From: a virus
DNA: 64,000 nucleotides
Virus record (IMG/VR): IMGVR_UViG_3300025437_000011
Span: 32,001-96,000 of that record
Direction: 5' to 3' (one strand)
Shown here piece by piece: positions 38,368-47,981 of this stretch. The notes under the pieces were generated by a model. The model saw only the letters and a list, made by a program, of their open reading frames with translations. It was not told the DNA's origin and ran no database searches. The position numbers were made by a program, and so were the translations under genes. Within the stretch, counting starts at the first letter, position 1, and each line of letters begins with the position of its first letter.

Positions 38368-39141
38368 ATGTCTGTACCTCTAACCCCTCCCAAAGTTGAC
38401 GGTGAACTTCCAGAAAAAATGGTTCTCCCACAACCAAAAGCCGCAGAAAGGCGCGGTGATTTCGTAAAGCGTTGTTGTGGTGGAGCTAAAATTGGTGAGT
38501 ATAGCAAGTGGGCAGACCCTAATAGAATTATTGTTGATTGTCTAGCAGAGTGGAGCAAGGCAAAACTACATGCCGCCGCAGTAGTTGGTAGCGGAGATAA
38601 TGAAGTTATTATTCCTACTGTCACGCTAGATCAGCAGAGGGAGTCTGGAACACCAGCTTCTGAAGCTCCAGTTGACCAGACGCCAACCTATACTCAAAAA
38701 AAAACTCCCAATTTGAGTTTAAAGGCCGCTCTTCCAGAGGAGGACGAAAAGAATGAGGCCTCAGATAACGAACAAGAAAAAATCACACCTAATTTTTTAG
38801 TTACTCTATTAAATTCAGCAACAACAGCACACATTCTTCATTTACAAACAAGAAGCTATGCACAGCACAAAGCTTTAAATACTCTCTATTCAGAGCTTCC
38901 AGACCTAGCAGATGACTTAATTGAGGCATATCAAGGCAAATACGGTATTGTGGCTAATTATCCAGCACAATCGGTAACAACACCATCTGACGCACTAGGC
39001 TTTGTTCAAGAATTAAGAGCATTTGTTGAAACAAATAGATATGTTGCCCTAAAGCAATCTGATACAGAATTACAAAATATTACTGACAATATTGTCGAAC
39101 TTCTTGACAGTACTATCTACAAACTAACCTTTCTTAAATAA
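38368..39141 (+). CDS. Ferritin/Dps-like (DUF5856-type) protein with N-terminal module
   Basis: HILHLQTRSYAQHKAL..Y....D.LIEAYQGKYG...YKLTFLK. Confidence 0.7.
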   Translation: MSVPLTPPKVDGELPEKMVLPQPKAAERRGDFVKRCCGGAKIGEYSKWADPNRIIVDCLAEWSKAKLHAAAVVGSGDNEVIIPTVTLDQQRESGTPASEAPVDQTPTYTQKKTPNLSLKAALPEEDEKNEASDNEQEKITPNFLVTLLNSATTAHILHLQTRSYAQHKALNTLYSELPDLADDLIEAYQGKYGIVANYPAQSVTTPSDALGFVQELRAFVETNRYVALKQSDTELQNITDNIVELLDSTIYKLTFLK

Positions 39142-39149
39142 TTAAAATT

Positions 39150-40235
39150 ATGCCACTACCAACTCCAAAAGGAAAAGAACAAAAGGGTGCATTCGTTTCC
39201 CGTTGCATCAAAATCCTAAATGACAATAAAGACCTAAAAACCCCACAGCAAAGAATTGCTGTTTGCTATCATCAGTGGGAAGAAGCGAAAGCTTCAGCTG
39301 ATGTTATCGTTGGTAGTGGAGATCAAGAAACAATTTTAAATCTTCAAAGCCGAAAAGAAGAAGATGTATTTCCAGCCCCCAAGTGGACAGCTGGCGCTAA
39401 AGGTCAGCGTTTTGGTGGAAAGAAACGCTCGGAGCTAAAGGATAGCGACTTTCTATATCCAGAAGACCGTAGCTTTCCAATCGTAACCCCAAAAGATGTT
39501 CATGATGCCGCAAGAAGTTTTGGCCGCAGTAAAGGTAAGAACTACGAAGATTTCAAAAAGAGACTAGTTCGCAAAGCTCGCTCAAAGGGGCCAGCTTTCG
39601 TTGCCGAACTTCCAGATACCATTAAGCAAGAACATAATATTAAAGCATCTGAGGGTGAACCATTAGCCTCACAATACGCAGATAAGGCCGCAGAAATGCT
39701 AACAGAAACAAGTGTATGTGCTGCCACAATTCTTGCCGCAACAGAAAATGAGGCCTTCCATGCCAAACTAACTGAGCCTTGGGTTTTCACAAAGATTACT
39801 ATTGCCAAAATTAGCTCATGTGCATATCGCTATCATTTAGAATATGGCGATATCAAGGCAGACGAAGAAGGTGTTCGTGAAGAAATTGTTGAAATGATAA
39901 AAGAGTCTGCTAAAGAAATTTATACAAACGCTCAAGCCGCTTTGGCCCTAATTAACAATCCAGAAAAGCAAGCCGAAGTTGTCAAGCCTTGGGTATTTGA
40001 GAGAATTGTAATTGCAAAATCAATGGCTTGTATCGTAAAAAACCATCTTCTATATGGAGAAGATCCAGAAGCCACAGAATATCCCGCAGAGCAAGATCCT
40101 AATAATCCAGAAGTTTCCGTTGCGGATGACGAAACAAACATGACTGGCGATACTGGAGAAGATCCAAATAATATAAGAGAAAATTATTTACGCCACAATG
40201 TTTTTGATAATAAGTGGGGCGCAGATACTTACTAA
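39150..40235 (+). CDS. Multi-module probable head/internal protein
   Basis: MPLPTPK..FVSRC..QRIAVCY module, RSELKDSDF..FPI module, two PWVF..I.IAK...HL.YG repeats. Confidence 0.55.
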   Translation: MPLPTPKGKEQKGAFVSRCIKILNDNKDLKTPQQRIAVCYHQWEEAKASADVIVGSGDQETILNLQSRKEEDVFPAPKWTAGAKGQRFGGKKRSELKDSDFLYPEDRSFPIVTPKDVHDAARSFGRSKGKNYEDFKKRLVRKARSKGPAFVAELPDTIKQEHNIKASEGEPLASQYADKAAEMLTETSVCAATILAATENEAFHAKLTEPWVFTKITIAKISSCAYRYHLEYGDIKADEEGVREEIVEMIKESAKEIYTNAQAALALINNPEKQAEVVKPWVFERIVIAKSMACIVKNHLLYGEDPEATEYPAEQDPNNPEVSVADDETNMTGDTGEDPNNIRENYLRHNVFDNKWGADTY

Positions 40236-40244
40236 TTTATTAAA

Positions 40245-40892
40245 ATGTTTGAAGTAATTTCTACGGTTGAATATAAAGATTCAGCACTTCACCAAAGAGT
40301 CAAAGAAAAAGCCGACAAGCTATTCCCTAAAAATAGTTATACAAAAAATCTTTGGATTTTACGCGAATACAAAAAGCGCGGAGGAGAAGTTAAGTATCAG
40401 GGGGAAAAACCCAAGAGTGGCACTATAAAAAAACAGGTAACTAGTGAGAGCTATGATGGCAGAAAACAAGATTATCTATTCAAGGTACGCTTTGAGAATT
40501 TTGAATTAGCTAGTGAAAAGAAAAAGGTTCATTTAAACAAACCATTCAGAACTCCGGGCCAAAGAAAAAAGTTTGCCGTTTACGTTAAGAATGACAAGGG
40601 AAATATTGTTCTTGTAAGATTTGGTGATCCAAAAATGGAAATAAAAAGGGATGACCCAAAGCGCCGCAAAAGTTTTCGCGCTAGACATCACTGTGAGAAC
40701 CCCGGTCCAAAATGGAAGGCCCAATACTGGGCATGCCAGACTTGGCGCGCGGATAAGAGCGTTAAAGAAGTAGCTGGCGAAGAAGAGATTAATTGGTTTA
40801 TGATTCCAACACAAGAGCAATTATTTGGGACAGAATTGCCTCCTTTTGATATTGAAGAAATTGATGATTGTTGCTGGGACTGTATTGATTAA
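40245..40892 (+). CDS. Basic two-module phage protein (DUF5872/DUF6321-like), probable head cargo
   Basis: REYKKRGG module and LNKPFRTP..KKFAVYVKN..VRFGDP..RRKSFRARH.C..YWAC module. Confidence 0.6.
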   Translation: MFEVISTVEYKDSALHQRVKEKADKLFPKNSYTKNLWILREYKKRGGEVKYQGEKPKSGTIKKQVTSESYDGRKQDYLFKVRFENFELASEKKKVHLNKPFRTPGQRKKFAVYVKNDKGNIVLVRFGDPKMEIKRDDPKRRKSFRARHHCENPGPKWKAQYWACQTWRADKSVKEVAGEEEINWFMIPTQEQLFGTELPPFDIEEIDDCCWDCID

Positions 40893-40901
40893 TTAATTTA
40901 A

Positions 40902-40930
40902 TTGACAGATTTATAAGTTATTAGTATACT
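40902..40930 (+). promoter_or_regulatory. sigma70-like promoter
   Basis: TTGACA-17-TATACT, 9 nt before ATG 40940. Confidence 0.8.
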
Positions 40931-40939
40931 CCTGTAACA

Positions 40940-41230
40940 ATGAAAGTTACATGGAAAGTTGAAGGCGCAGCTGGATGGCACAAAACCATTAGGGAAGATA
41001 TTCTAACTTCACCTATGGAAATAGCCACGAAAGTAATTGAATCCATTAATACAAATGATACATGCCGATTAGGCCTAGTACTAATGGTAACGCACGACCA
41101 AATGGACTCGATAGATCAAACTTTTATTTGTCATGTGCCAACCGTTCTTGCAAATGCTGGCTTTTATAGAGAAGCGAATCAACTTCAAGAAATGATTGAC
41201 AATCTATTAAAAAATCCTCAAGATTTATAA
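40940..41230 (+). CDS. Hypothetical protein
   Basis: 96 aa following a strong promoter. Confidence 0.6.
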   Translation: MKVTWKVEGAAGWHKTIREDILTSPMEIATKVIESINTNDTCRLGLVLMVTHDQMDSIDQTFICHVPTVLANAGFYREANQLQEMIDNLLKNPQDL

Positions 41231-41479
41231 ATGAAGAAACTATTTGTAATAATTGGACTTTTATTGTTAATTCCCACGCTAAAAGCAGATCCATGTAGAA
41301 CTGAAACAGTTTTTATTGCAACTGGTGATTCAAATGGACAATCGCAAGATAAGGCTGTCAATGACATGAATCTTTCTGGTTGTAACGCTAAACTTTTAGA
41401 AATGAAAACCGAAAAAATTGGAGAAAATAAATATATCACCATTATTCGCGCTAAAATTGAGCCAAAAGACGGATATTAA
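41231..41479 (+). CDS. Small secreted protein
   Basis: MKKLFVIIGLLLLIPTLKA signal peptide; two Cys. Confidence 0.6.
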   Translation: MKKLFVIIGLLLLIPTLKADPCRTETVFIATGDSNGQSQDKAVNDMNLSGCNAKLLEMKTEKIGENKYITIIRAKIEPKDGY

Positions 41480-41483
41480 TTAA

Positions 41484-42734
41484 ATGACCGAGCTTCTCTC
41501 ATTCGAAGAATATCAAAGAGTATTAAATTCTTTGGTTTACCATCATGCAGTATTTTATCAATTTTGGAGACTAGTAAAACCTTCATATTCAGAAGAGATT
41601 GACACTGCATGCGTTAGCTTTAACCAAGATGGTAAATGTGTAGATTTTCTCATTAATAAAGATTTCTGGAATGAAATAGGAGAAGAAAAGAAAAAATTCG
41701 TTATATGTCATGAATGCATGCATGTTATTAATTCACACGGTAAAAGAATTAATAAAAAATTTCAAGAACATGCGGATCAAGCAAATTGCGCAATGGATGT
41801 GGTAGTTAATGAATCGCTTGTTAAATATTTTGGTTTTGATCGAAAAGAAATTGACTCTAACAAAGAATATATTTGGTTTGATAAACTTTTTAAAGGACAA
41901 AAAGACATTCTAAAAGATAATAGTTTTGAATATTATTTAAATAAAATTATCGAGAAGAATATTCAAATACCAAATAGCGGTTCCGGATTAATTAATGGGC
42001 ATGAAGGATTAGATATTCCCAAAGAATTTGCCCAAGAAATCATTAATGCACTTTCAGATGAAGAAGCAGATGTTCTTAAAAATATTGCCGAACGCGCCGA
42101 ACAAGGCAAAAAAGAATCAACGGGAAAGCTTGCGGGAACGCAAGCTGGAAGCCTAGTTAAAACATTAGACAAAAAACCACCCAAGAAAAAATCTAAATGG
42201 GAAACTATTATTAAAAAATTCGTTAAAAGTTTTGGAAAAGAAGAATCAGAAGAATCTCATTGGCTAGCCAAAGACCGAAGAATGCATAATTTAAACTTTA
42301 ATATATTTCTTCCTTCTGAGATAGAATATGAGGTAAGAAAAACAAATAAAGATAAAATTAAAACATACTTCTTTATGGATACAAGCGGATCTTGCGCTGG
42401 ACTAGCACAACGTTTTTTTGATGCGGCTAATAGTATAGATAAAGATAAATTTGATGTTGAATATTACTGTTTTGATACACAAGTTTATAAGGTAAATCTT
42501 AAAGATAAAAAATTGTTTGGTTTTGGCGGCACCAGTTTTCGTTGCATAAGTGATTTTGTTTATAAACATAAAAATGAAAAACCATTTGTTTGGGTTCTAA
42601 CTGATGGGTATGGTGATTTCCCGCCAATTCCAGATAAAGAACAGGAAAAATGGAGTTGGTTTTTAACCAAAGACGGTTGTGAAAGATACATCCCAAGAGC
42701 ATGCAAAACATACTTACTGGAAAATTTTGAGTAG
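41484..42734 (+). CDS. HEXXH metallopeptidase-like plus VWA domain protein (DUF2201-like)
   Basis: CHECMH, ANCAMDVVVN, MDTSGS (MIDAS), GGTSF, LTDGYG. Confidence 0.88.
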   Translation: MTELLSFEEYQRVLNSLVYHHAVFYQFWRLVKPSYSEEIDTACVSFNQDGKCVDFLINKDFWNEIGEEKKKFVICHECMHVINSHGKRINKKFQEHADQANCAMDVVVNESLVKYFGFDRKEIDSNKEYIWFDKLFKGQKDILKDNSFEYYLNKIIEKNIQIPNSGSGLINGHEGLDIPKEFAQEIINALSDEEADVLKNIAERAEQGKKESTGKLAGTQAGSLVKTLDKKPPKKKSKWETIIKKFVKSFGKEESEESHWLAKDRRMHNLNFNIFLPSEIEYEVRKTNKDKIKTYFFMDTSGSCAGLAQRFFDAANSIDKDKFDVEYYCFDTQVYKVNLKDKKLFGFGGTSFRCISDFVYKHKNEKPFVWVLTDGYGDFPPIPDKEQEKWSWFLTKDGCERYIPRACKTYLLENFE

Positions 42735-42766
42735 ACATTCCTGTAAAAATACATTATTATTCATAC

Positions 42767-43801
42767 ATGGATCAACCTCTAGAACAAATCGAAAAAAAGC
42801 TTGTTCAATATTTTAAATTGGGCAAAAACGTCCTCCTTGTAGGAAAACATGGGACTGGCAAAACTAGTCTAATCCAAAAAGTATTTGGAGAGCAGTGTAA
42901 AAACTGGCTTTATTTTTCTGGTTCTACTCTTGATCCTTGGGTAGATTTTGTTGGCGTACCGAAAGAAATAGAAAAAAATGGAGAAAATGTTCTTTCATTT
43001 GTTCTTCCCGAAAAGATGACCGACCCAACAGTTGAAGCTATTTTTATTGATGAATACAATAGAAGTCATAAAAAAATCAGAAATTCCGTTATGGAGTTAA
43101 TTCAATTTAAAAGCATTAATGGACGTAAATTTCCAAACCTAAAAGTTGTTTGGGCCGCTATTAACCCCTCGGAAGATGAGGACGAATCTTATGATGTAGA
43201 ACAACTAGATCCCGCACAAGAAGACCGCTTTCAAATTAAAATAAAAGTACCGTACAGTCCAGATTTTGAATATTTTAAAACAAAATTTGGTAATAAAATA
43301 GCTGTATCCGCACTTGAATGGTGGAATGGCCTCCCAAAAGAAGGCAAGAACCTTGTTTCACCAAGAAGATTAGACTATGCGCTAGAACTTTATAAAGAGG
43401 GTGGTGATATTTATGATGTGCTAAACGAGCGCACAAATCCCACTAAATTACTTGTAACCCTACAAGTAGGTAGCCTAGAGGTTAAAATGAAAGAATTCTT
43501 TGAAACAAAGAATGGAAAGGAAACCAAGAAATTTTTCTTATCAGAAAATAACTTTCAAGGAGCCCTGCCAATTATGAAACGAAATAAAGAATACCTACAG
43601 TTTTTCTTACCGCTTCTCAATAATGAAAGATTGTCCGCTATATTCTTTTCTGATATAAAAACTCAAAAATATATTCTAGAGAATTCACAACTCTTCAAAG
43701 AACCCTTGGAAGAAATTTCTAGACTAAAAGCTATTGATCCGACAATTTTAGCGCAAATTAATCATGCGCTAAAGAAAATAGGTAACGTTACTTATTTTTA
43801 A
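42767..43801 (+). CDS. MoxR-like AAA+ ATPase
   Basis: GKHGTGKT, FIDEYNR, AAINP, LDPAQEDRF, SPRR. Confidence 0.88.
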   Translation: MDQPLEQIEKKLVQYFKLGKNVLLVGKHGTGKTSLIQKVFGEQCKNWLYFSGSTLDPWVDFVGVPKEIEKNGENVLSFVLPEKMTDPTVEAIFIDEYNRSHKKIRNSVMELIQFKSINGRKFPNLKVVWAAINPSEDEDESYDVEQLDPAQEDRFQIKIKVPYSPDFEYFKTKFGNKIAVSALEWWNGLPKEGKNLVSPRRLDYALELYKEGGDIYDVLNERTNPTKLLVTLQVGSLEVKMKEFFETKNGKETKKFFLSENNFQGALPIMKRNKEYLQFFLPLLNNERLSAIFFSDIKTQKYILENSQLFKEPLEEISRLKAIDPTILAQINHALKKIGNVTYF

Positions 43802-44218
43802 TTATTTTGCACCCTCAGATGGGGGCAAATTATGGACATTTCTTTCTAAGTATATAACCCTATTGTCGATATTATCAACTTGTTTTTGAATACTAACCAT
43901 AATAGTATTATATGCCTTTAACTGCTCACTATATGAAACCTGTTGATTTATAATGGTTTCTAGTTTTGCTTGTGTTATTTCAAATCTTTTTTCAGCCTGA
44001 TCATCTTGCTTCCTGTCATTTTCTACCTGAGCTTTTACATACTCTCCAAACTTATCATTAGTTACATAATGTTGACCCATCCAAAGGGTCGCGTAACTGA
44101 ACATCATAAAAGCTACTAGCATTATAGCTGGCTTTACATAGGCACCATACCATTTATCAGATTTATGCTCTGGAATATTTGTAAATGGATTTAAGCTGGA
44201 TAATGGATCAATGGCCAT
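43802..44218 (-). CDS. Single-TM coiled-coil protein (possible lysis or virion membrane protein)
   Basis: One hydrophobic helix then heptads; ATGTAA motif 8 nt upstream. Confidence 0.5.
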   Translation of the reverse strand: MAIDPLSSLNPFTNIPEHKSDKWYGAYVKPAIMLVAFMMFSYATLWMGQHYVTNDKFGEYVKAQVENDRKQDDQAEKRFEITQAKLETIINQQVSYSEQLKAYNTIMVSIQKQVDNIDNRVIYLERNVHNLPPSEGAK

Positions 44219-44351
44219 GTCTATATTTACATTTAATTTTTATTTTCGACAGAAAATGTCTACATATATTGATAAAAATCGAATTCAGAAAATATTTATA
44301 CTAGGAAATTTTTAAATTGAATTCCCGTTAATTAACTATTATACTCTGGAA

Positions 44352-44888
44352 ATGCACTATCAAACCAAAGTTAAGGAGTTTATGACCACATTCGGACAGG
44401 CCTGTCCCGCAAAACCAGAAGTTCCAGAACTTAATACAAGGATTTTACGGGTAAAATTGCTCTTAGAGGAGGTTTTAGAGCTTGCCGAGGCCAGTGGATT
44501 AAAGGTTACCGACTCATTGGGCCATGATATTAGCCTATCACTCTTAAAAAATGGCAAAATTGAAATTGTAAATAACCCAGAAATCACTCCAGACCTAGTT
44601 GGAGTAGCAGATGCGATTGCAGACATTTCCTACGTTAATTACGGCGCGGCATTGGCCTATGGAATTGATATCGAATCAGTAGAGAATGAGGTTCACTCTT
44701 CTAATATGACCAAACTCTTCACAACAGAGGAAGTTGACCAGTTAGACAGACAAAAATTTACCTATAGTCCAGTTAAATTGTCGGGCAAGTGCCTACTAGT
44801 TAAAAACAATGACGGAAAGGTTCAGAAAAGCCCATCCTATACTCCAGCCGATATTTCAACCCTTATTAATAAGCAAATCAATGGATAA
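44352..44888 (+). CDS. MazG-like/PRA-PH nucleoside triphosphate pyrophosphohydrolase (probable dUTPase)
   Basis: LLLEEVLEL, ADAIADISYV, VHSSNMTK, DGKVQK; coupled to thyX. Confidence 0.8.
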   Translation: MHYQTKVKEFMTTFGQACPAKPEVPELNTRILRVKLLLEEVLELAEASGLKVTDSLGHDISLSLLKNGKIEIVNNPEITPDLVGVADAIADISYVNYGAALAYGIDIESVENEVHSSNMTKLFTTEEVDQLDRQKFTYSPVKLSGKCLLVKNNDGKVQKSPSYTPADISTLINKQING

Positions 44889-45501
44889 CAGTGTAGAATT
44901 AATCGGTTGGTATGGCGGCGATACTGTTAATGCCTGTAGCGCATGGACTAGCACCAGTCGAGAGCTTACCGAAGACAAGAAAGCTAGAGTCCCGGCGCTG
45001 TTAAGTATGCTAGCTGAAAATGGTCACGAGACACCTTTTGAAAAGTCAACTGTTCATTTTTTGGTTAATACCGACATAGCTAGCCATATTCACCTCCTAA
45101 AACATAGGATTAGTTCGCTTAATGCTGAAAGCGCAAGATATAAAGAATTAAAAGAAGATAAATACTTTATTCCAAGTGACTGGCCGCTTTATTGGCAACA
45201 AGCTTTGGAGGACTACACGAATAAGGGAAATGATTTATATCATGAATGCCTAACAAAACTAGAAGAGGCCGGAATAGACAGAAAAAGGGCAAAAGAATCT
45301 GCCCGTTTCTTCAAAACATACAACTCACAAATTCAAGCAGATGTAATGTTTAATTTTCGGAGCTTTGTTAATTTTCAAAAATTAAGAAATTCTGAACATG
45401 CACAAGTAGAAATTAGAGATATTGCTCAAAAAATGCTTGAACAAGTCAAAAATATAGAAGGAAACCCGTTTGAACATACGTTAGCGGCATTTCGACTTTA
45501 A
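44881..45501 (+). CDS. thyX: FAD-dependent thymidylate synthase
   Basis: GHETPFE, KHRISSLNAESARY, AKESAR, NFRS, LR...HAQVEIR. Confidence 0.93.
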   Translation: MDNSVELIGWYGGDTVNACSAWTSTSRELTEDKKARVPALLSMLAENGHETPFEKSTVHFLVNTDIASHIHLLKHRISSLNAESARYKELKEDKYFIPSDWPLYWQQALEDYTNKGNDLYHECLTKLEEAGIDRKRAKESARFFKTYNSQIQADVMFNFRSFVNFQKLRNSEHAQVEIRDIAQKMLEQVKNIEGNPFEHTLAAFRL

Positions 45502-45549
45502 TAGTAAAGTTGATTAACTAATCTTATTTATATATAATAAGTATTAGAA

Positions 45550-46017
45550 ATGTTAGAAGAAAGCAATACTGAAGTAATTAGGGGCCTAGACGTATCGGTG
45601 ATGTTTTGCGCCGGGCCAAAGGGGTTAGTACAATTTGTAGGAAATAAAAAAGATAAATATTTTTATAATATCTTCTGTTTTTATATAGAAGAAACAGATC
45701 ATTACATAGTTTTTGTTAAGATGTTTAAATCCTTAAAAAGAAAACAAAAAAATGGTACTTATTTTAATTTAGCCAATTCGACAAGTAAAGTCTTAAATAC
45801 GAAAGAACAAACTTATGACTTTTTAAATAATTTTTTAAATTCTCTTGAAGAACATGATCGTTTTATCAACGAAGAGATACTAAGAGAAAGTAAAATTAAT
45901 GCAATAGAGGCAATTAATTCTATTAATCAATGGGAAAAACACATGGTAGATTATTTTAATGACTTAATTCCCGATACTAACAAGAAAAATAAATGGAATT
46001 TACTAAAACTATTTTAG
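45550..46017 (+). CDS. Hypothetical protein
   Basis: 155 aa; TTGATT-17-TATAAT upstream (45510-45538). Confidence 0.55.
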   Translation: MLEESNTEVIRGLDVSVMFCAGPKGLVQFVGNKKDKYFYNIFCFYIEETDHYIVFVKMFKSLKRKQKNGTYFNLANSTSKVLNTKEQTYDFLNNFLNSLEEHDRFINEEILRESKINAIEAINSINQWEKHMVDYFNDLIPDTNKKNKWNLLKLF

Positions 46018-46364
46018 TTTTGTAGCACAGCGTAAGCAAAGATAGTTCCCGCACCACCAGTTGCGATAATTCTAATATTTGGAACTGGAGAGTTCATTAG
46101 AGCGGGTGCCTGATAGCCGGGCACAACACCTGTAAAAGAATATAAAGGAACACCATCATTCACCGAACCCGGTGAAAAACTAGGATCATATTGTGATAAA
46201 AGAGTCTGAGTTTGAACATTTAGAGTTGTACCAGTAACCCCAGCACCACTAGCATAAGCAATAATAAGAGTATTTCTTGATTGTGCAATATTTGACCATG
46301 CCCCAGTAAAGGGAATACTTTGACCAGTAGCAAGTATAGTGGCGCTTGTCCATTCTGAATTCAT
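46014..46364 (-). CDS. Small Gly/Thr/Ser-rich probable virion protein
   Basis: Starts MNSEW, 8 nt after a GTGTAA motif; beta-rich with several [ST]G dipeptides. Confidence 0.55.
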   Translation of the reverse strand: MNSEWTSATILATGQSIPFTGAWSNIAQSRNTLIIAYASGAGVTGTTLNVQTQTLLSQYDPSFSPGSVNDGVPLYSFTGVVPGYQAPALMNSPVPNIRIIATGGAGTIFAYAVLQN

Positions 46365-46384
46365 AATTAAAATTACACCTAAAT

Positions 46385-46413
46385 TTGACAAAAAACCCAA
46401 AAACAGCTAGAAT
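46385..46413 (+). promoter_or_regulatory. sigma70-like promoter back-to-back with a minus-strand GTGTAA motif (46373-46378)
   Basis: TTGACA-17-TAGAAT, 8 nt before ATG 46422. Confidence 0.8.
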
Positions 46414-46421
46414 GATTAATA

Positions 46422-46775
46422 ATGAAAAAAATAATCCAACCCGAACAAGCCGAAGAGGCAATTTATTTTTCTGATTTTACCGGAAAACCTTTTATGGATG
46501 GCCTTCCACCCCCAGTTAAAGTAAAATTTAATTTTAATTTTGGCTCTGCCTATGACGGAGCATCCTTTTCTTTAGACTTATCAGATGAAGATACCGAAGG
46601 ATTAATCAGTATAATTAGACAAAAGCTATCCGAAGACGCGAAAAAGCAATTAGGAAAGAAATTGCATTATCTAGATTTACAACTAGAAGACGATATACAA
46701 TCTAAATCTTACTCTGCTTGTGAGTATACATCCAACTCAAGACTAGTTTTATTAAAGCTATTAGGACTAGCTTAA
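46422..46775 (+). CDS. Hypothetical protein
   Basis: 117 aa after a consensus promoter. Confidence 0.6.
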   Translation: MKKIIQPEQAEEAIYFSDFTGKPFMDGLPPPVKVKFNFNFGSAYDGASFSLDLSDEDTEGLISIIRQKLSEDAKKQLGKKLHYLDLQLEDDIQSKSYSACEYTSNSRLVLLKLLGLA

Positions 46776-47075
46776 AGACACAAGAGTAGGCTTTTCTTCC
46801 TGTTTGTAGTTTCTTGTTTGCAAGATTAAATCTAAAATAGTTAACTTAAAATCTTCCTGTTTTTCCTCTGGAAGAGAATTTCCGAAAAAATCAATAATTA
46901 GTTGGCACATTGCGTTAATCATATAGCCATTAAAACTAAAATCTGAAAGTTGCTTACAAGCTAAACTTTTTCCATTTTCTGTCATTCCTATTTCTAGGAG
47001 AGGGGTAATTTTTGGTTCGTCTTCCGAAAGAACTGGTTGCGCATCGACATCAATTGTTACTGGCTGATCATTCAT
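46767..47075 (-). CDS. Hypothetical protein
   Basis: 102 aa at the end of a minus-strand run. Confidence 0.55.
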   Translation of the reverse strand: MNDQPVTIDVDAQPVLSEDEPKITPLLEIGMTENGKSLACKQLSDFSFNGYMINAMCQLIIDFFGNSLPEEKQEDFKLTILDLILQTRNYKQEEKPTLVSLS

Positions 47076-47084
47076 AATTATATA

Positions 47085-47981
47085 TTAATTACTTAACCTT
47101 ATAAATCCATTAATTTTTATAAAAATAGCCTCAAGTCCCAATAAACAATATTGAACAAAAGATATTAACGATAATTTCCAATTATTTATTAATATCCATA
47201 AATATAGACTATTGCCATTCATTTTACATATCCTATTTATCTTGGAAACATATTTTAACATATATTCATCTCTAGTATCAGTGGAATTATAAGCAGTGAT
47301 TAAAGATCTTTTTCCGGCCGCAATATTTGACCTTCGTGTTTTTGCGAGGCCATGATTCCAAACTGAGCCTTTTGAAAGTTTTTCATGCAGATCCTCTTCA
47401 CTTTTAAGCATATAATGATTGATGCAAAGAATACTATCACGAGTAGACATGTATACGCTATTTTCATAGAAGCTTATTCTATGGGGTGAACCCAAATCAT
47501 TTTCATTAATTTTTTGATTTTTAATTATACTCTTACATTGAGGCTTGGGCGCAATAGAGTGTTTCATTAAATAATTTTCCAAAACTAATCCCTGCGGCTT
47601 TGTTATATGACCATTTGTCCCAAAAATAACCCAAGGAACCCAAAAGCAATCTACTTTATTTTTATTTAAATAATTAATCAATGTTCCACGTTTTTTATAT
47701 ACGACGAACTCATCAACGTCAATAAATGCAGTCCATATAGATTCATTTCTATAATTCTCTACATAATGCTTATATGCTAATTTTTGTTGCCAATCATTAA
47801 GCGGCCACTTTATATAAGTTATAATACTTTTATATTTTTTTAGTATTGGTAGCAAGTCATCAGTTGAATTGTTATCATAAATATAAAAATGATCAAAACC
47901 AATCATTACATGATAAATAATCCACTCTTCTAGAAATGCCGCTTCATTTTTTAAAATGATACAGGCAGAAATTTTGTTCAT
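47085..47981 (-). CDS. Glycosyltransferase, GT92/GT2-like (GT-A)
   Basis: KNEAAFLEEWIIYH..GFDHFYIYDNNSTD, FIDVDEF, INHY. Confidence 0.85.
   Translation of the reverse strand: MNKISACIILKNEAAFLEEWIIYHVMIGFDHFYIYDNNSTDDLLPILKKYKSIITYIKWPLNDWQQKLAYKHYVENYRNESIWTAFIDVDEFVVYKKRGTLINYLNKNKVDCFWVPWVIFGTNGHITKPQGLVLENYLMKHSIAPKPQCKSIIKNQKINENDLGSPHRISFYENSVYMSTRDSILCINHYMLKSEEDLHEKLSKGSVWNHGLAKTRRSNIAAGKRSLITAYNSTDTRDEYMLKYVSKINRICKMNGNSLYLWILINNWKLSLISFVQYCLLGLEAIFIKINGFIRLSN

Noticed and set aside
37920-40141. Minus-strand ORFs 37920..38249, 38259..38624, 39542..39808 and 39932..40141
   Set aside because: Shadows of well-supported plus-strand genes, with no motifs.
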